The notes under the pieces are model-generated. The model was not told the DNA's origin. It saw only the letters and a program-made list of their open reading frames with translations, and did no database searches. This document shows positions 28,492 to 38,310 of a DNA stretch of 64,000 bases, in pieces. Every line of letters starts with the position of its first letter. Within the stretch, counting starts at the first letter, position 1. The stretch covers positions 352,001 to 416,000 of the forward strand of contig CAVOYH010000004.1 of NCBI GenBank assembly GCA_963700635.1, written 5' to 3'. The position numbers were made by a program, and so were the translations under genes. The DNA is from an uncultured Bacteroidota bacterium (GTDB taxonomy: Bacteria; Bacteroidota; Ignavibacteria; UBA10030; UBA6906).

Positions 28492-31350
28492 GTGAATCGG
28501 AACACAGTTCAGAGCCTGCTGGACAAGGCGCAGCGGTATATCGAGGAGGGGAGGTTGCTCCATGCAGGGCAAATGTACCGACGGCTGATCAACGCCGATC
28601 CGGCACTCGAGGAACCCTACATCCGGTTGTCAGCCCTGTACCGGGAAGCCGGGCACAACGAAGAATCCGGACGTATACTCCGTCAGGGAGTGCAGTTGTG
28701 TAGAGAGAGCACGAATTGCCTGCTGATGCTGGGGGACCAGCTGTTGGAGTCCGGGGATCTCCGTGGCGCTCTTGCGTGTTTTGCACCCTTGGCGCAGAAA
28801 AAACTGCCACACGTGCATGTGCGCGTTGCCCGGGCGTTAATCCGTCTGGGCAAGACAGCGGACGCTGAACTCGAGGTGCGGAAGGCTCTGTCAATGGAGA
28901 CCCGTCTGCCTCAAGCGCGCGAGCTCCTTGGAGAGATACTGCTGGTCACAGGTCGACCGGCCGAAGCAGCGAACGAGCTCAGACTCGCGCTGCGTCTCGA
29001 TCCGTACAGTTCCCGGAGTCATCGACTCATGGGTCAGGTGCTGCTTCAGAACCGCAACCTGGAGGAGGCGCTCGATGCATTTCTCATGGCAGCAGATATT
29101 GATCCGGATGATGCGCTGGCGTGGCAATACAGGGGCGAGACCCTCATGCGCCTGCGCCGGTTTCCCGAGGCAAAATCATCACTCCGGCGATCTCTTGACC
29201 TTAATCCCTCATCCGCCGATGCATCGGTCTTGATGGGAGAACTTTGTGTACAGAAAGGCGACATGGAACAGGCACTGACGGCGTTTACGACTGCGTTGCG
29301 TCTGCATCCCGGGCATCAACGAGCCATGGACGGACGCTTGCATGCACGGATGCGGACGATTCGTCTGATCGAGCGGGTGGGTCTTTTCCTGCTGGCGCTC
29401 CTTCAATGGTGTTCAGTGTCAACGGCCCAGACATTCAGTCCCTCCGACGGGGAAGGCGGTGTGCTTTTTAACTCGGGAGTTTCACAGTATCAGAGCGGAC
29501 AATTCAAGGAGGCGGCTGAAACGTTCGGAAGGATTATCGCCGCTCATCCGGGTGATCAGCGTATTACTGCCGCAATTATCATGAAAGGCAAGGCCCTTTA
29601 CTGGCTCGGTGATAATCTGGAAAGCGCCCGGACAGCGCGTTTATTGCTCACGGACTTTCCACGCAGCCGGTATGTCGCTGACGCCCGTTTCATCCTCGGG
29701 AGCATCTACAGGCGAGTCGGGCGCGCCGAGGATGCAATGGAGGAATTGTTGAAGGCGTGGGAAACGATGTCGCGGCCGGAGCCACCACGCCTGGCAATGG
29801 ATATTGTGACTGCTGTTGATACACTGGCGGCAGAATCCATTTCTCCTCCCCGCCTGCGGAGTTTCATCGAGACAACGTCCGACCGTGAATGTAAGGCATT
29901 TCTCTGGCTCAAAATCGCGGAGAACGAAGCTGCGGCGGAAAATATGGTACGCTCAAGGCTGGCACTTGACACGCTCCTGCTCATGTACCCGGCACAGGTG
30001 AATCATCCGCGTGTTGCTGCGCTGCTCAAACGGACCGCGGAACGGAGCGACGTCAAGCTCGGTGTTCTCCTTCCCCTCATGCGGGGTGGAGAACCGTCGG
30101 CGGCCAAAGAAATCGCCCAGGAAGTGCTCGAGGGAGTGACCTTTGCTGTTGAGCAGTTCATGGCGGAGTCCGGCCAGCGCGTACGTGTCACTCAGGTCAC
30201 ACTCGACAGTGAACGGGATCCGGTGGTAGCTTCATCGGCTGTCCGCGAACTGGCAGCGGATAAACAAGTGGTTGCGATCGTTGGGCCCATATTTTCAAGT
30301 TCGACGGTCGCCGCCGCACGTATTGCAGAGGATCTCGGAATTCCGCTTGTGTCCCCTACGGCGAATGCAAACGGCATAGCAGCCGTTGGACCCCATGTGT
30401 TTCAGGCGAATCCCGATTACCGGACACGCGGCAGAGCGATGGCACAGTACGCGGTCCTGCGCCGCGGGTTTACCCGTCTTGCCGTACTTGCTCCATCCGA
30501 CACGTACGGCAGATTCCTGGCAGAGGCGTTTGGTGAAGAAGTCCGGCGTCTGGGTGCGCGGTTGATAGCAGCGGAATGGTACGAGCGGGGATCGTCTGAT
30601 TTAAAAAAACAACTTGGTGCGATCCGTCGGGCAGGCATGCGTGCCGGCGCCGATCCCCTGATTGCCTTCGGAGGGAAGAAAAAGCTCGGGGAGTTGATGA
30701 AACTTGCCGGACTGGGAGTTTCGGTGCGGACTCTTGATTCACTGATGCAAAAAGGTGCCACGGTAAATGCAACGACACTGATCGGACCCGATGCCGGAGC
30801 CAGACTTGACTCGCTGGGGATTTCCGTGGTGTATGAGGAGCTGTACGTCGACAGTCTGGATCACCCGGTGACCGCCATCGACGGGCTGTATATGCCCATC
30901 AGCTCGCCTGCAGAAATCGGCATCGTTGCTTCGCAGGCCGTGTATTTTAATTTTCGCACGCAGATGCTCGGTTCAGGCGAGTGGAATAACTTACCCGAGC
31001 TGGATGCCAATCGGCGCTATTGTACGGGTGTGGTGTTCGAAGCCGATTCTCATGTAGACACTCTCACGGCTCAGTACCGTAACTGGCTCGCAGGGTTTTA
31101 CAACAGGTTCAAGAAGCAACCGACTCATCATACGTTCTATGGATACGATACGGCCGAGATCCTCCTTCTGACGCTGGGGGAGGGGGCTACGACCCGCAGG
31201 GGGTTCATCCGGGCCTTCGCAGAGGTCAGGGATTACCAGGGACTACACTCGAAAATAGGATTTTCCCGTGGAAGGGTGAACACGTGGCTTCCCATACTCC
31301 AGTTCGACGGGAGAAATGTGCTCCGGATTGATGAGATCCGGACAGAATAG
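28492..31350 (+). CDS. TPR protein fused to a signal-peptide-bearing TPR / type I periplasmic-binding (LpoA-like) protein
   Basis: TPRs at aa ~1-285, an internal signal-like segment MRTIRLIERVGLFLLALLQWCSVSTAQ, further TPRs, then KLGVLLPL, AIVGPIFS, IPLVSPTA and YGYD (PBP1 fold). Confidence 0.75.
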   Translation: MNRNTVQSLLDKAQRYIEEGRLLHAGQMYRRLINADPALEEPYIRLSALYREAGHNEESGRILRQGVQLCRESTNCLLMLGDQLLESGDLRGALACFAPLAQKKLPHVHVRVARALIRLGKTADAELEVRKALSMETRLPQARELLGEILLVTGRPAEAANELRLALRLDPYSSRSHRLMGQVLLQNRNLEEALDAFLMAADIDPDDALAWQYRGETLMRLRRFPEAKSSLRRSLDLNPSSADASVLMGELCVQKGDMEQALTAFTTALRLHPGHQRAMDGRLHARMRTIRLIERVGLFLLALLQWCSVSTAQTFSPSDGEGGVLFNSGVSQYQSGQFKEAAETFGRIIAAHPGDQRITAAIIMKGKALYWLGDNLESARTARLLLTDFPRSRYVADARFILGSIYRRVGRAEDAMEELLKAWETMSRPEPPRLAMDIVTAVDTLAAESISPPRLRSFIETTSDRECKAFLWLKIAENEAAAENMVRSRLALDTLLLMYPAQVNHPRVAALLKRTAERSDVKLGVLLPLMRGGEPSAAKEIAQEVLEGVTFAVEQFMAESGQRVRVTQVTLDSERDPVVASSAVRELAADKQVVAIVGPIFSSSTVAAARIAEDLGIPLVSPTANANGIAAVGPHVFQANPDYRTRGRAMAQYAVLRRGFTRLAVLAPSDTYGRFLAEAFGEEVRRLGARLIAAEWYERGSSDLKKQLGAIRRAGMRAGADPLIAFGGKKKLGELMKLAGLGVSVRTLDSLMQKGATVNATTLIGPDAGARLDSLGISVVYEELYVDSLDHPVTAIDGLYMPISSPAEIGIVASQAVYFNFRTQMLGSGEWNNLPELDANRRYCTGVVFEADSHVDTLTAQYRNWLAGFYNRFKKQPTHHTFYGYDTAEILLLTLGEGATTRRGFIRAFAEVRDYQGLHSKIGFSRGRVNTWLPILQFDGRNVLRIDEIRTE

Positions 31351-32026
31351 AGCTCCTATACCTCTCTGGCCGAAAAACGAACGGCCAAGGGAAAAACTTC
31401 TCCGGCAGGGGATTCATACACTTTCCGATGCAGAGCTCCTTGCGCTGATCCTTCGTACGGGCTGTGGCGCGTTAACGGCATTAGACCTTGCGAGGGGCCT
31501 TCTTGTTCGTGAGCGCAGCCTCCGCCTCCTGGGGTCCAGGACACCGGGTGAGCTCATGCGCCAGCGGGGGATTGGGCCGGCAAAGGCCCTGGAACTGCTG
31601 GCCGCCTTTGAGGTCGGACGCCGGGCCCAGGCCGAACAGGAGGAAATCCGGCCAGTTTTCCGTTCGCCGGAGGATGTTGCAAGGCGAATGGTGCCGCTCC
31701 TGCGCGACCGTAAAACCGAAGTGTTCTACGTCCTCGTTATGGATGCCAAAAATGCACTGAAAATCGATGTGGAACTTTCCGTTGGAACACTGAACGCGAG
31801 CCTTGTCCATCCTCGCGAGGTCTACAAAGTGGCGATTGATAATGGTGCCGCCTCCATTATCGTAGTGCATAACCACCCGAGTGGAAACCCGGAACCGAGC
31901 AGTGAGGATATTGACATTACGCGGCAACTCGTAGAGGCGGGAAAGATCATCGGGATTCCCCTCCATGACCATATGATCGTGGCCGGAGACCACGCCACAA
32001 GCCTTGCGGAACGGGGGATCCTGTAA
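31331..32026 (+). CDS. radC: RadC (JAB/MPN domain protein)
   Basis: ERPREKL, LSDAELLALIL, GIGPAKA, GTLNASLVHPREV, HNHPSG and DHMIV motifs. Start uncertain (31316 or 31331). Confidence 0.93.
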   Translation: MRSGQNRAPIPLWPKNERPREKLLRQGIHTLSDAELLALILRTGCGALTALDLARGLLVRERSLRLLGSRTPGELMRQRGIGPAKALELLAAFEVGRRAQAEQEEIRPVFRSPEDVARRMVPLLRDRKTEVFYVLVMDAKNALKIDVELSVGTLNASLVHPREVYKVAIDNGAASIIVVHNHPSGNPEPSSEDIDITRQLVEAGKIIGIPLHDHMIVAGDHATSLAERGIL

Positions 32027-32057
32027 GTTTTATGGATCTGCAGCGTGGAATATTTAT

Positions 32058-32086
32058 TTGACAAAGACCTCTTTTTTTCCTATAAT
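32058..32086 (+). promoter_or_regulatory. Perfect-consensus sigma70 promoter
   Basis: TTGACA(32058-63)-N17-TATAAT(32081-86) with AT-rich flanks. AGGAGG RBS before ATG 32150. Confidence 0.85.
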
Positions 32087-32149
32087 TAGATGATTTAATT
32101 CCCTAATCCAAGTACCCCATAGTCTAGTTCATAATTCAGGAGGGTTCAC

Positions 32150-32419
32150 ATGTATAAACTCAACAGAAAGGTCACGACCATTGGGGTGACGCTTCTCTTC
32201 TCCGGGTCGCTCCTGCTGTTTGGGTGCTCTTCGGGTCCCGACGAGGCCCAGATGAAGCAGCTCCAGACGCTGAAGGATGAAGTGGCCCAGCTCCAGAAGG
32301 AAATCAAGGAGAAAGATGGGAAGAAGGCAGAGTTGGATCGTATCATTGCAGAAAAGAATGCAAAACTTAAGAAATGCAACGACGACCAGCAAATCGTGAA
32401 ACAACGGCTCGCAAAGTAA
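32150..32419 (+). CDS. Small coiled-coil lipoprotein ending in Lys (Lpp/OprI-like architecture)
   Basis: Lipobox LFG-C26. The mature 64 aa chain CSSGPDEAQMKQLQTLKDEVAQLQKEI...KQRLAK shows a heptad pattern. Confidence 0.8.
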   Translation: MYKLNRKVTTIGVTLLFSGSLLLFGCSSGPDEAQMKQLQTLKDEVAQLQKEIKEKDGKKAELDRIIAEKNAKLKKCNDDQQIVKQRLAK

Positions 32420-32444
32420 CACACATAGCAAGGAGTTTCTAACA

Positions 32445-33221
32445 ATGAAATTGAATAGCATAGTATTCTTCCTGCTTGCGGCCGTGCTCATCCTGTCGTT
32501 CGGACTTGCGACTGCACAGGAGATGACCAAGGACCAATGGCAGCAGGAACTGACCAAGATAACACAGACGCGCGATGAACTCCAGGCAAAGATGAAAACC
32601 CTGGATGCTTCGATTGCCAGCGCGAACTCGATGTCCGTCAAACTTGACGCCGACTACGAGAAATGTCTGGACGAATTGTATGCCCTCGTCGGCTCCGATC
32701 GCGAAAAGGCGTCTGCCTATCGTGACGAACTTGATGCAGCGGAAGCCAAAGCGGCTGAACTCATGCGTCTCTCGGACGCCGACCTGCTGGCGCGCAGCAG
32801 TGAAGTCACCGATCTCGAGGCGAAGTCGAAAGAGCTGTGGGGAAACAAACTTTCGCTGATCCCCGAATTCTGGGATCGCCTCACCGAGCTTGACAATAAG
32901 GTGAAGAGCCTGAAGACCACGCTGGCCAACCAGGTGCAGGTGTATACGGTCGGTACCTGGGCCCAGGATCGGGATTGCCTCTGGAATATCTCCAAGAAAC
33001 CGGCGATCTACGGTAATGCATGGCTCTGGCCGCGTATCTGGCAGGGAAATCGGGATCAGATTAAGGATCCTGATGTCATCCGCCGCGGACAGAAGTTGAC
33101 GATTCCGAAGGGCAACGTGATGACCGCGGAAGAGACTAGCGCAGCAAAGAAATATTACGCGAAAAAGGCAGCGGCTGACGCCGCCGCCATGACGACTCCG
33201 GCCACAGTACCGGCCAAGTAG
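32445..33221 (+). CDS. Secreted coiled-coil + LysM peptidoglycan-binding protein
   Basis: Sec signal (...GLATAQ), long coiled coil, and LysM-like YTVG...DCLWNISK...IYGNAWLWPRIWQGNRDQIKDPDVIRRGQKLTIP. Confidence 0.88.
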   Translation: MKLNSIVFFLLAAVLILSFGLATAQEMTKDQWQQELTKITQTRDELQAKMKTLDASIASANSMSVKLDADYEKCLDELYALVGSDREKASAYRDELDAAEAKAAELMRLSDADLLARSSEVTDLEAKSKELWGNKLSLIPEFWDRLTELDNKVKSLKTTLANQVQVYTVGTWAQDRDCLWNISKKPAIYGNAWLWPRIWQGNRDQIKDPDVIRRGQKLTIPKGNVMTAEETSAAKKYYAKKAAADAAAMTTPATVPAK

Positions 33222-33248
33222 TAGTTCATGCGTCCTCGCGTCGATTCG

Positions 33249-33287
33249 AACCCCCTTCCCAGTGTCCGCACAGGGAAGGGGGTTTTT
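33249..33287 (+). terminator. Intrinsic terminator after the LysM gene
   Basis: AACCCCCTTCCC...GGGAAGGGGGTT stem followed by a T run. Confidence 0.8.
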
Positions 33288-33312
33288 GTCTTTATCGGAG
33301 AGCATACGGAAC

Positions 33313-34332
33313 GTGATTGAGAAAAAAATCAAGATCGAGGGTGCCGACACATTCGGACTCGTCGGACTGAATGACTCCAACCTGGAGATCGTGGAACGGC
33401 GTTTTGATGCTACGGTCGTCGTGCGGGGTGACCTGATCACGTTGCGCGGAACTGCTGACGAGGTTGATCACCTTGAAAAAATCTTCAAAGAGCTCCTGTT
33501 CCTACTGAGGAAGAATGGATCGCTTACGACGAACGACGTCGAGACAGTCATTGATCTTGTGACCGCAAATGGTGAACCCGCGGTGCCCAAGTCTCTCGCC
33601 TCCGGCCTGTCGAAGGACGAGCTGGACGCGGTCATCCTCTTTACAAAGAACCAGATCATCCGGTCAAAGACACCGGGCCAGCGCGAGTATCTCCGGCAGA
33701 TTCGTTCGAACGACATTGTCTTCGCCATAGGCCCGGCAGGAACTGGAAAAACGTATCTGGCGGTCGCCTTTGCGGTCGCCAGTCTGAAGAACAATGAGAT
33801 CACAAAAATTGTGCTTACCCGCCCGGCTGTTGAGGCTGGGGAAAGCCTCGGCTTCCTGCCCGGGGACCTCAAGGAAAAAATCGATCCGTATCTTCGCCCG
33901 TTGTACGATGCGCTGGATGATATGCTTCCCGGCGAAAAACTCCGGACGTATGTTGAGAAGCGGGTTATCGAAATTGCCCCTCTCGCGTACATGCGGGGCC
34001 GCACACTCAATAACGCGTTTGTCATTCTGGATGAAGCACAGAATGCCTCAGCCATGCAGATGAAAATGTTTCTTACGCGCCTCGGACCCAACTCCCGTGC
34101 CATCGTGACCGGGGATGTGACCCAGATTGATCTTCCCAGCAAACAGAGCTCCGGATTAGTGCAAATTCAGGAAGTGCTGCGGGGCGTGGGTGGAATTTCG
34201 TTTGTGTATTTTGACAAACAGGATGTTGTGCGGCATCGGCTGGTGAAGGACATCATTGACGCCTATGAGAAGTACCACAACGGCGGGCACCATGCCGGAG
34301 AGGCCGGCCAGAGCCCGGCAGGCGGGATGTGA
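33313..34332 (+). CDS. phoH: PhoH family ATPase
   Basis: GPAGTGKTYLA, RPAVEAGE, LAYMRGRTL, ILDEAQN, GDVTQIDLP and DVVRH motifs. Confidence 0.95.
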   Translation: MIEKKIKIEGADTFGLVGLNDSNLEIVERRFDATVVVRGDLITLRGTADEVDHLEKIFKELLFLLRKNGSLTTNDVETVIDLVTANGEPAVPKSLASGLSKDELDAVILFTKNQIIRSKTPGQREYLRQIRSNDIVFAIGPAGTGKTYLAVAFAVASLKNNEITKIVLTRPAVEAGESLGFLPGDLKEKIDPYLRPLYDALDDMLPGEKLRTYVEKRVIEIAPLAYMRGRTLNNAFVILDEAQNASAMQMKMFLTRLGPNSRAIVTGDVTQIDLPSKQSSGLVQIQEVLRGVGGISFVYFDKQDVVRHRLVKDIIDAYEKYHNGGHHAGEAGQSPAGGM

Positions 34333-34358
34333 CGGGTTGGCGCGTTCGCGTCATCCTC

Positions 34359-35180
34359 TCAGGTTTTCTTGACGGTTTTCTTCTGACGCACGCGTGAACG
34401 TTTCTTCTTCTTTGCTTCCTCCCACAACGTGTCCATCTCCTGTAATGAACTGTCATGAGCGGTTTTTCCCCTCTTGGCCAGCTCCGCCTCGATATAATGG
34501 AACCGTGAGGTGAATTTCTTGATCGTGCTCCGGAGCGCATTTTCCGGATTGATGTGGAGGAATCGGGCATAATTGACGAGCGCGAACAGCAGATCGCCGA
34601 ATTCCTCTTCACGGCGAATGTGTTTCGTTCCGCGCAGCGCCTCGCGGACTTCCTCCAGCTCTTCACGGACTTTCTTCCAGACCTGCTCCTCGTTCTCCCA
34701 GTCGAATCCCACTTTTGCAGCCCGTTGTTGGACCCTCAGTGCTCTGATCAGTGCCGGCATGTGCTGTGGGATCCCCTCGAGCACAGAGGTGCGGCCTTCC
34801 TTCATCTTGAGCCGCTCCCAATTATCCTTGACCTCCTCCGCTGTGTCTACCTTCAACGTTCCAAAGACATGCGGGTGGCGGCGGATCAGCTTGTCCGTCT
34901 CCTGCGCGAACACGTCGCGCAAGGAAAACTCTCCGGACTGCTCGGCGATGGTTGCCTGGAGAACAACGTGAAGCATCAGATCGCCCAGTTCTTTGCTGAG
35001 TTCCCGCATATCGCCGTCATCCAAGGCATCCACGACTTCGTATGTTTCTTCGATGAGGGCGTGACGCAGAGATTTATGGGTCTGCTTCCGGTCCCAGGGA
35101 CAATCGCGACGGAGACGGCGGACTACCCGGACGAAGGCAAGAAATTCCTTCTGTGGAATGGTGGGATATGCTCTGGGCAT
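34359..35180 (-). CDS. mazG: Nucleoside triphosphate pyrophosphohydrolase MazG
   Basis: CPWDRKQT, EETYE, ELGD, RRHPHVFG, GFDW and EEFGDLLF (tandem MazG domains). Confidence 0.95.
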   Translation of the reverse strand: MPRAYPTIPQKEFLAFVRVVRRLRRDCPWDRKQTHKSLRHALIEETYEVVDALDDGDMRELSKELGDLMLHVVLQATIAEQSGEFSLRDVFAQETDKLIRRHPHVFGTLKVDTAEEVKDNWERLKMKEGRTSVLEGIPQHMPALIRALRVQQRAAKVGFDWENEEQVWKKVREELEEVREALRGTKHIRREEEFGDLLFALVNYARFLHINPENALRSTIKKFTSRFHYIEAELAKRGKTAHDSSLQEMDTLWEEAKKKKRSRVRQKKTVKKT

Positions 35181-35331
35181 GGAGAATCCTGAGGTGTGTG
35201 CGCTGGTTGTTCCGAAAGATGTATTTGGAGTGACAACGTAGCCAAATCAACTCTGACTTGCAATCTTCCCTGTTTCTTCCTATCGTGGGTCGTTGTTCAG
35301 CAGATCTTCCTCCAACCCAAGGGTTGCTCAC

Positions 35332-37029
35332 ATGCGCAAACTGGTTCTCATACTTCTCGGTGCAGCCGCCGGTCTGGCCCTTCTGTGGTTTCTCACCCGA
35401 CCCGAACACGCCGATATGCTGCTCGTCAACGGTATCGTGTATACCATGGATGCGGGAGGGGCGGTCGCCGAAGCCGTTGTTATCAGGGACGGAACTGTCA
35501 TCGGCGTGGGCCCGGCGGCTGAGATGAGAGATCGATTTGTGGCAGACACGGTGATAGATCTTGGGGGCAAGCCCGTCTATCCCGGTTTCGTGGATGCCCA
35601 TGCGCATCTCGAGGGGCTCGGTATCGCGCTCATGACTGTTGATCTCTCCGGCAGTGTCTCCATTGAAGAGGTGCAATCCCGTGTTCAAACGGACCTCCGG
35701 AATTCCGGGGGGCAATCCTGGGTGCGCGGCCGGGGATGGGATCAGAATCGATGGGCTGGCAAAAAGTTTCCATCCCGGATGGATCTCGATGCGGTAAGTG
35801 TTTCCACCCCGGTATTTCTGGTGCGGATTGATGGACATGCGGCATGGGTAAATAGTAAGGCACTCGAGCTGGCGGGAATCAGTTCGGCAACGCCTGATCC
35901 GCCTGGCGGCAGAATTCTGCGTGATGAAAACGGGAACCCCAGCGGAGTGCTCATTGACAACGCCATCGAAGCAGTACGCACGGTCATGCCCGGGCCCACC
36001 CGGGAGGACCGTATCCGTGCCGTTCGCCTGGCCGTGAACGAATGCCTGAGTGTCGGGCTGACAGGAATTCACGACATGGGTGTGGATCTGGAACTCATCA
36101 ACATCTACAAGGAATTGATCACCAACGGAGAATTCCCGTTCCGTATCTATGCAGCAATTGACGGACCGGGTCCGACCTGGGACTCACTCCGTGTCTCCGG
36201 TCCCGTGCTGGGCTTCGGGGATGATCATCTTACCATCCGTGCTCTCAAACTCTACGCTGACGGTGCACTCGGTTCACGGGGCGCCGCGCTCCTTGAACCC
36301 TACAGCGACGATCCGGGTAATCGCGGAATCACCATGCTGTCGTCCGGAGAAATGAAGGCCCTGGTACAGGATGCCGTGAAAGCGGGGTTCCAGGTGTGCA
36401 CCCATGCGATCGGAGACAGGGCCAATGCTATGACCCTTGATGTGTATGAGGAGGTCCTTCGGTCTTCCACACGTGATGCCCGGGATGTTCGGCTCCGGAT
36501 TGAACACGCTCAGGTGCTCTCACCGGAAGACATACCACGATTTGCCAGACTGGGCGTAATTCCCTCCATGCAGCCTACACACTGCACATCGGACATGCCA
36601 TGGGCGATTGAACGGCTGGGGGAGAAGCGCGCGCGGTATGCCTATGCATGGCGATCGCTGCTGGATGCGGGTAGCATCATCCCTGCGGGTTCAGATTTCC
36701 CGGTTGAACACCCATCGCCGCTGCTCGGATACTCGGCTTCCGTAACGCGGCAGAATGAATCAGGATACCCTGCCGGGGGATGGTCTCCGGAGCAGCGAAT
36801 GACAAGAATAGAAGCGCTGAAGGGCTTCACACTCTGGCCTGCCTATGCGGGAAAAAATGAAAGTCGATCGGGTTCTCTTGAAGTGGGGAAACATGCCGAT
36901 CTGACCGTTCTCCATCAGGACATTATGACCATTCCGGATGACCGGCTTGCCTCGGCTCGTGTTGCGTTGACCATCGTGGCCGGGAAGATCGTCTATCGAG
37001 GCGAGGAATCCTCCGGAAATACTCAATGA
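35332..37029 (+). CDS. YtcJ-like metal-dependent amidohydrolase with N-terminal signal/anchor
   Basis: PGFVDAHAH, DGH..WVNS, KLYADGALGSRGA, HAIGD, RIEHAQ, QPTH and GSDFP motifs. Upstream TTGCAA-N17-TATCGT at 35258-35286. Confidence 0.88.
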   Translation: MRKLVLILLGAAAGLALLWFLTRPEHADMLLVNGIVYTMDAGGAVAEAVVIRDGTVIGVGPAAEMRDRFVADTVIDLGGKPVYPGFVDAHAHLEGLGIALMTVDLSGSVSIEEVQSRVQTDLRNSGGQSWVRGRGWDQNRWAGKKFPSRMDLDAVSVSTPVFLVRIDGHAAWVNSKALELAGISSATPDPPGGRILRDENGNPSGVLIDNAIEAVRTVMPGPTREDRIRAVRLAVNECLSVGLTGIHDMGVDLELINIYKELITNGEFPFRIYAAIDGPGPTWDSLRVSGPVLGFGDDHLTIRALKLYADGALGSRGAALLEPYSDDPGNRGITMLSSGEMKALVQDAVKAGFQVCTHAIGDRANAMTLDVYEEVLRSSTRDARDVRLRIEHAQVLSPEDIPRFARLGVIPSMQPTHCTSDMPWAIERLGEKRARYAYAWRSLLDAGSIIPAGSDFPVEHPSPLLGYSASVTRQNESGYPAGGWSPEQRMTRIEALKGFTLWPAYAGKNESRSGSLEVGKHADLTVLHQDIMTIPDDRLASARVALTIVAGKIVYRGEESSGNTQ

Positions 37030-37080
37030 AGAAAACGGATGTTTATCCGGCCCGGACGATCATGCTGAGGGTTCACACTC

Positions 37081-38310
37081 ATGCAATCTGTTGAGCGGCG
37101 CAATATCATCATCAATATCTCCGAGGGAGCGCTCTACATTTCATCCACGGCGTTTATTTCTCCCCAGACTGTTGTGCCGGCAATGGTCGCCCGGCTGGGG
37201 GGGACGAATGTTGAGATCGGGACGCTGGGGGTGCTGGTCTATCTGGGACTCTATATCCCTCAGCTCTTCGCTGCACGGTATGTGGAAACGCTCCCCTGGA
37301 AAAAGCCCTGGTCCATTTTCTTCGGTACCGCACAACGCACCGTGATCCTGTTTATGGGCCTTCTTGTGCTGCTCTTCGGCGATCTTCAAAGCGGCACCGT
37401 GCTCTGGGCGTTTCTTCTTCTCTTCTTTTTGAATTCCATTATGGGCGGCATTGCGACGCCGGGGTGGTTTGACCTATTTGCAAAACTGACATCCGTGAAA
37501 AAGCGCGGCCGGTTGGTGGGCATCCGAAATTCCCTTGGAGGAGTTGGTGCGTTTTTGGGTGGATTCATTCTGACCTGGTTGCTGGCGACGTACATGTTCC
37601 CCGTGAGTTATGCTGTCGGGTTCTTTATTGCGTTCCTGCTTCAGATGTCCTCGATTGTCGTGCAGTCACGGCTGATTGAATCCGATCCCAGCCCGGTGGT
37701 GCCCGGCCGGTCCATGATGGCCTTCCTCCGGAATCTTCCCGCTGTACTCAAATCCAACCCGGAATTCGGCCGATTCCTCTTCGCTTCCGCCTTTCTTGTC
37801 ATCGCCATGGTGCCCTCGGGATTTTTTACGGTCTATGTTCTCAGGGATTTTCAGGCTGATGAATCTGTAGTCGGACAGTACACACTCGCGATGGTCTCGA
37901 TTCAGGTTGTGAGCGCCCTGGCCATCGGTTTTATCACCGACCGGTATGGCAACAAGACTGCCCTGCTGTGCACATCCGCCGCAATGCTTCTCGCCAGCAC
38001 ATGGGCACTCTTTGCGCCCTCCCCCGGATGGTTTACGCTCGTGTACGTCTTCTTGGGGATCACGCTGGGCGGGGAAATGATGGCACGGTTCAACATGGCG
38101 ATCGAATACTGCCCGCCGGAATTACGATCCTCATTCGTGGGATTGATGAATACCGTGCTCGCGCCGTGTTATCTCGCCGGCCTTGCCGGTGGTGTCATCA
38201 GTGACGCCGTAGGGTATCAGGGCGTTTTTCTTCTGGGAATTCTGTGTTCTCTCATCGGAAGCTACCTCCTCATAACACGGGTCCGCGATCCGCGGCAGAT
38301 GGCGGAATGA
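37081..38310 (+). CDS. MFS transporter
   Basis: About 12 TM helices, with GFITDRYGNK (MFS motif A-like). Confidence 0.85.
   Translation: MQSVERRNIIINISEGALYISSTAFISPQTVVPAMVARLGGTNVEIGTLGVLVYLGLYIPQLFAARYVETLPWKKPWSIFFGTAQRTVILFMGLLVLLFGDLQSGTVLWAFLLLFFLNSIMGGIATPGWFDLFAKLTSVKKRGRLVGIRNSLGGVGAFLGGFILTWLLATYMFPVSYAVGFFIAFLLQMSSIVVQSRLIESDPSPVVPGRSMMAFLRNLPAVLKSNPEFGRFLFASAFLVIAMVPSGFFTVYVLRDFQADESVVGQYTLAMVSIQVVSALAIGFITDRYGNKTALLCTSAAMLLASTWALFAPSPGWFTLVYVFLGITLGGEMMARFNMAIEYCPPELRSSFVGLMNTVLAPCYLAGLAGGVISDAVGYQGVFLLGILCSLIGSYLLITRVRDPRQMAE

Noticed and set aside
31331-32026. radC (and the HNH gene at 49989) as markers of a mobile or defence island
   Set aside because: Both are the ordinary chromosomal forms in housekeeping context, with no integrase, att sites or evident compositional shift.
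33262-33312. Upstream GTG start for phoH
   Set aside because: It lies inside the terminator hairpin. GTG 33313 follows a GGAG and fits better.
32439-33440. 333 aa minus-strand ORF and nearby 99-170 aa antisense ORFs
   Set aside because: Shadows of the lipoprotein, LysM and phoH genes, which have promoter, RBS and terminator support on the plus strand.
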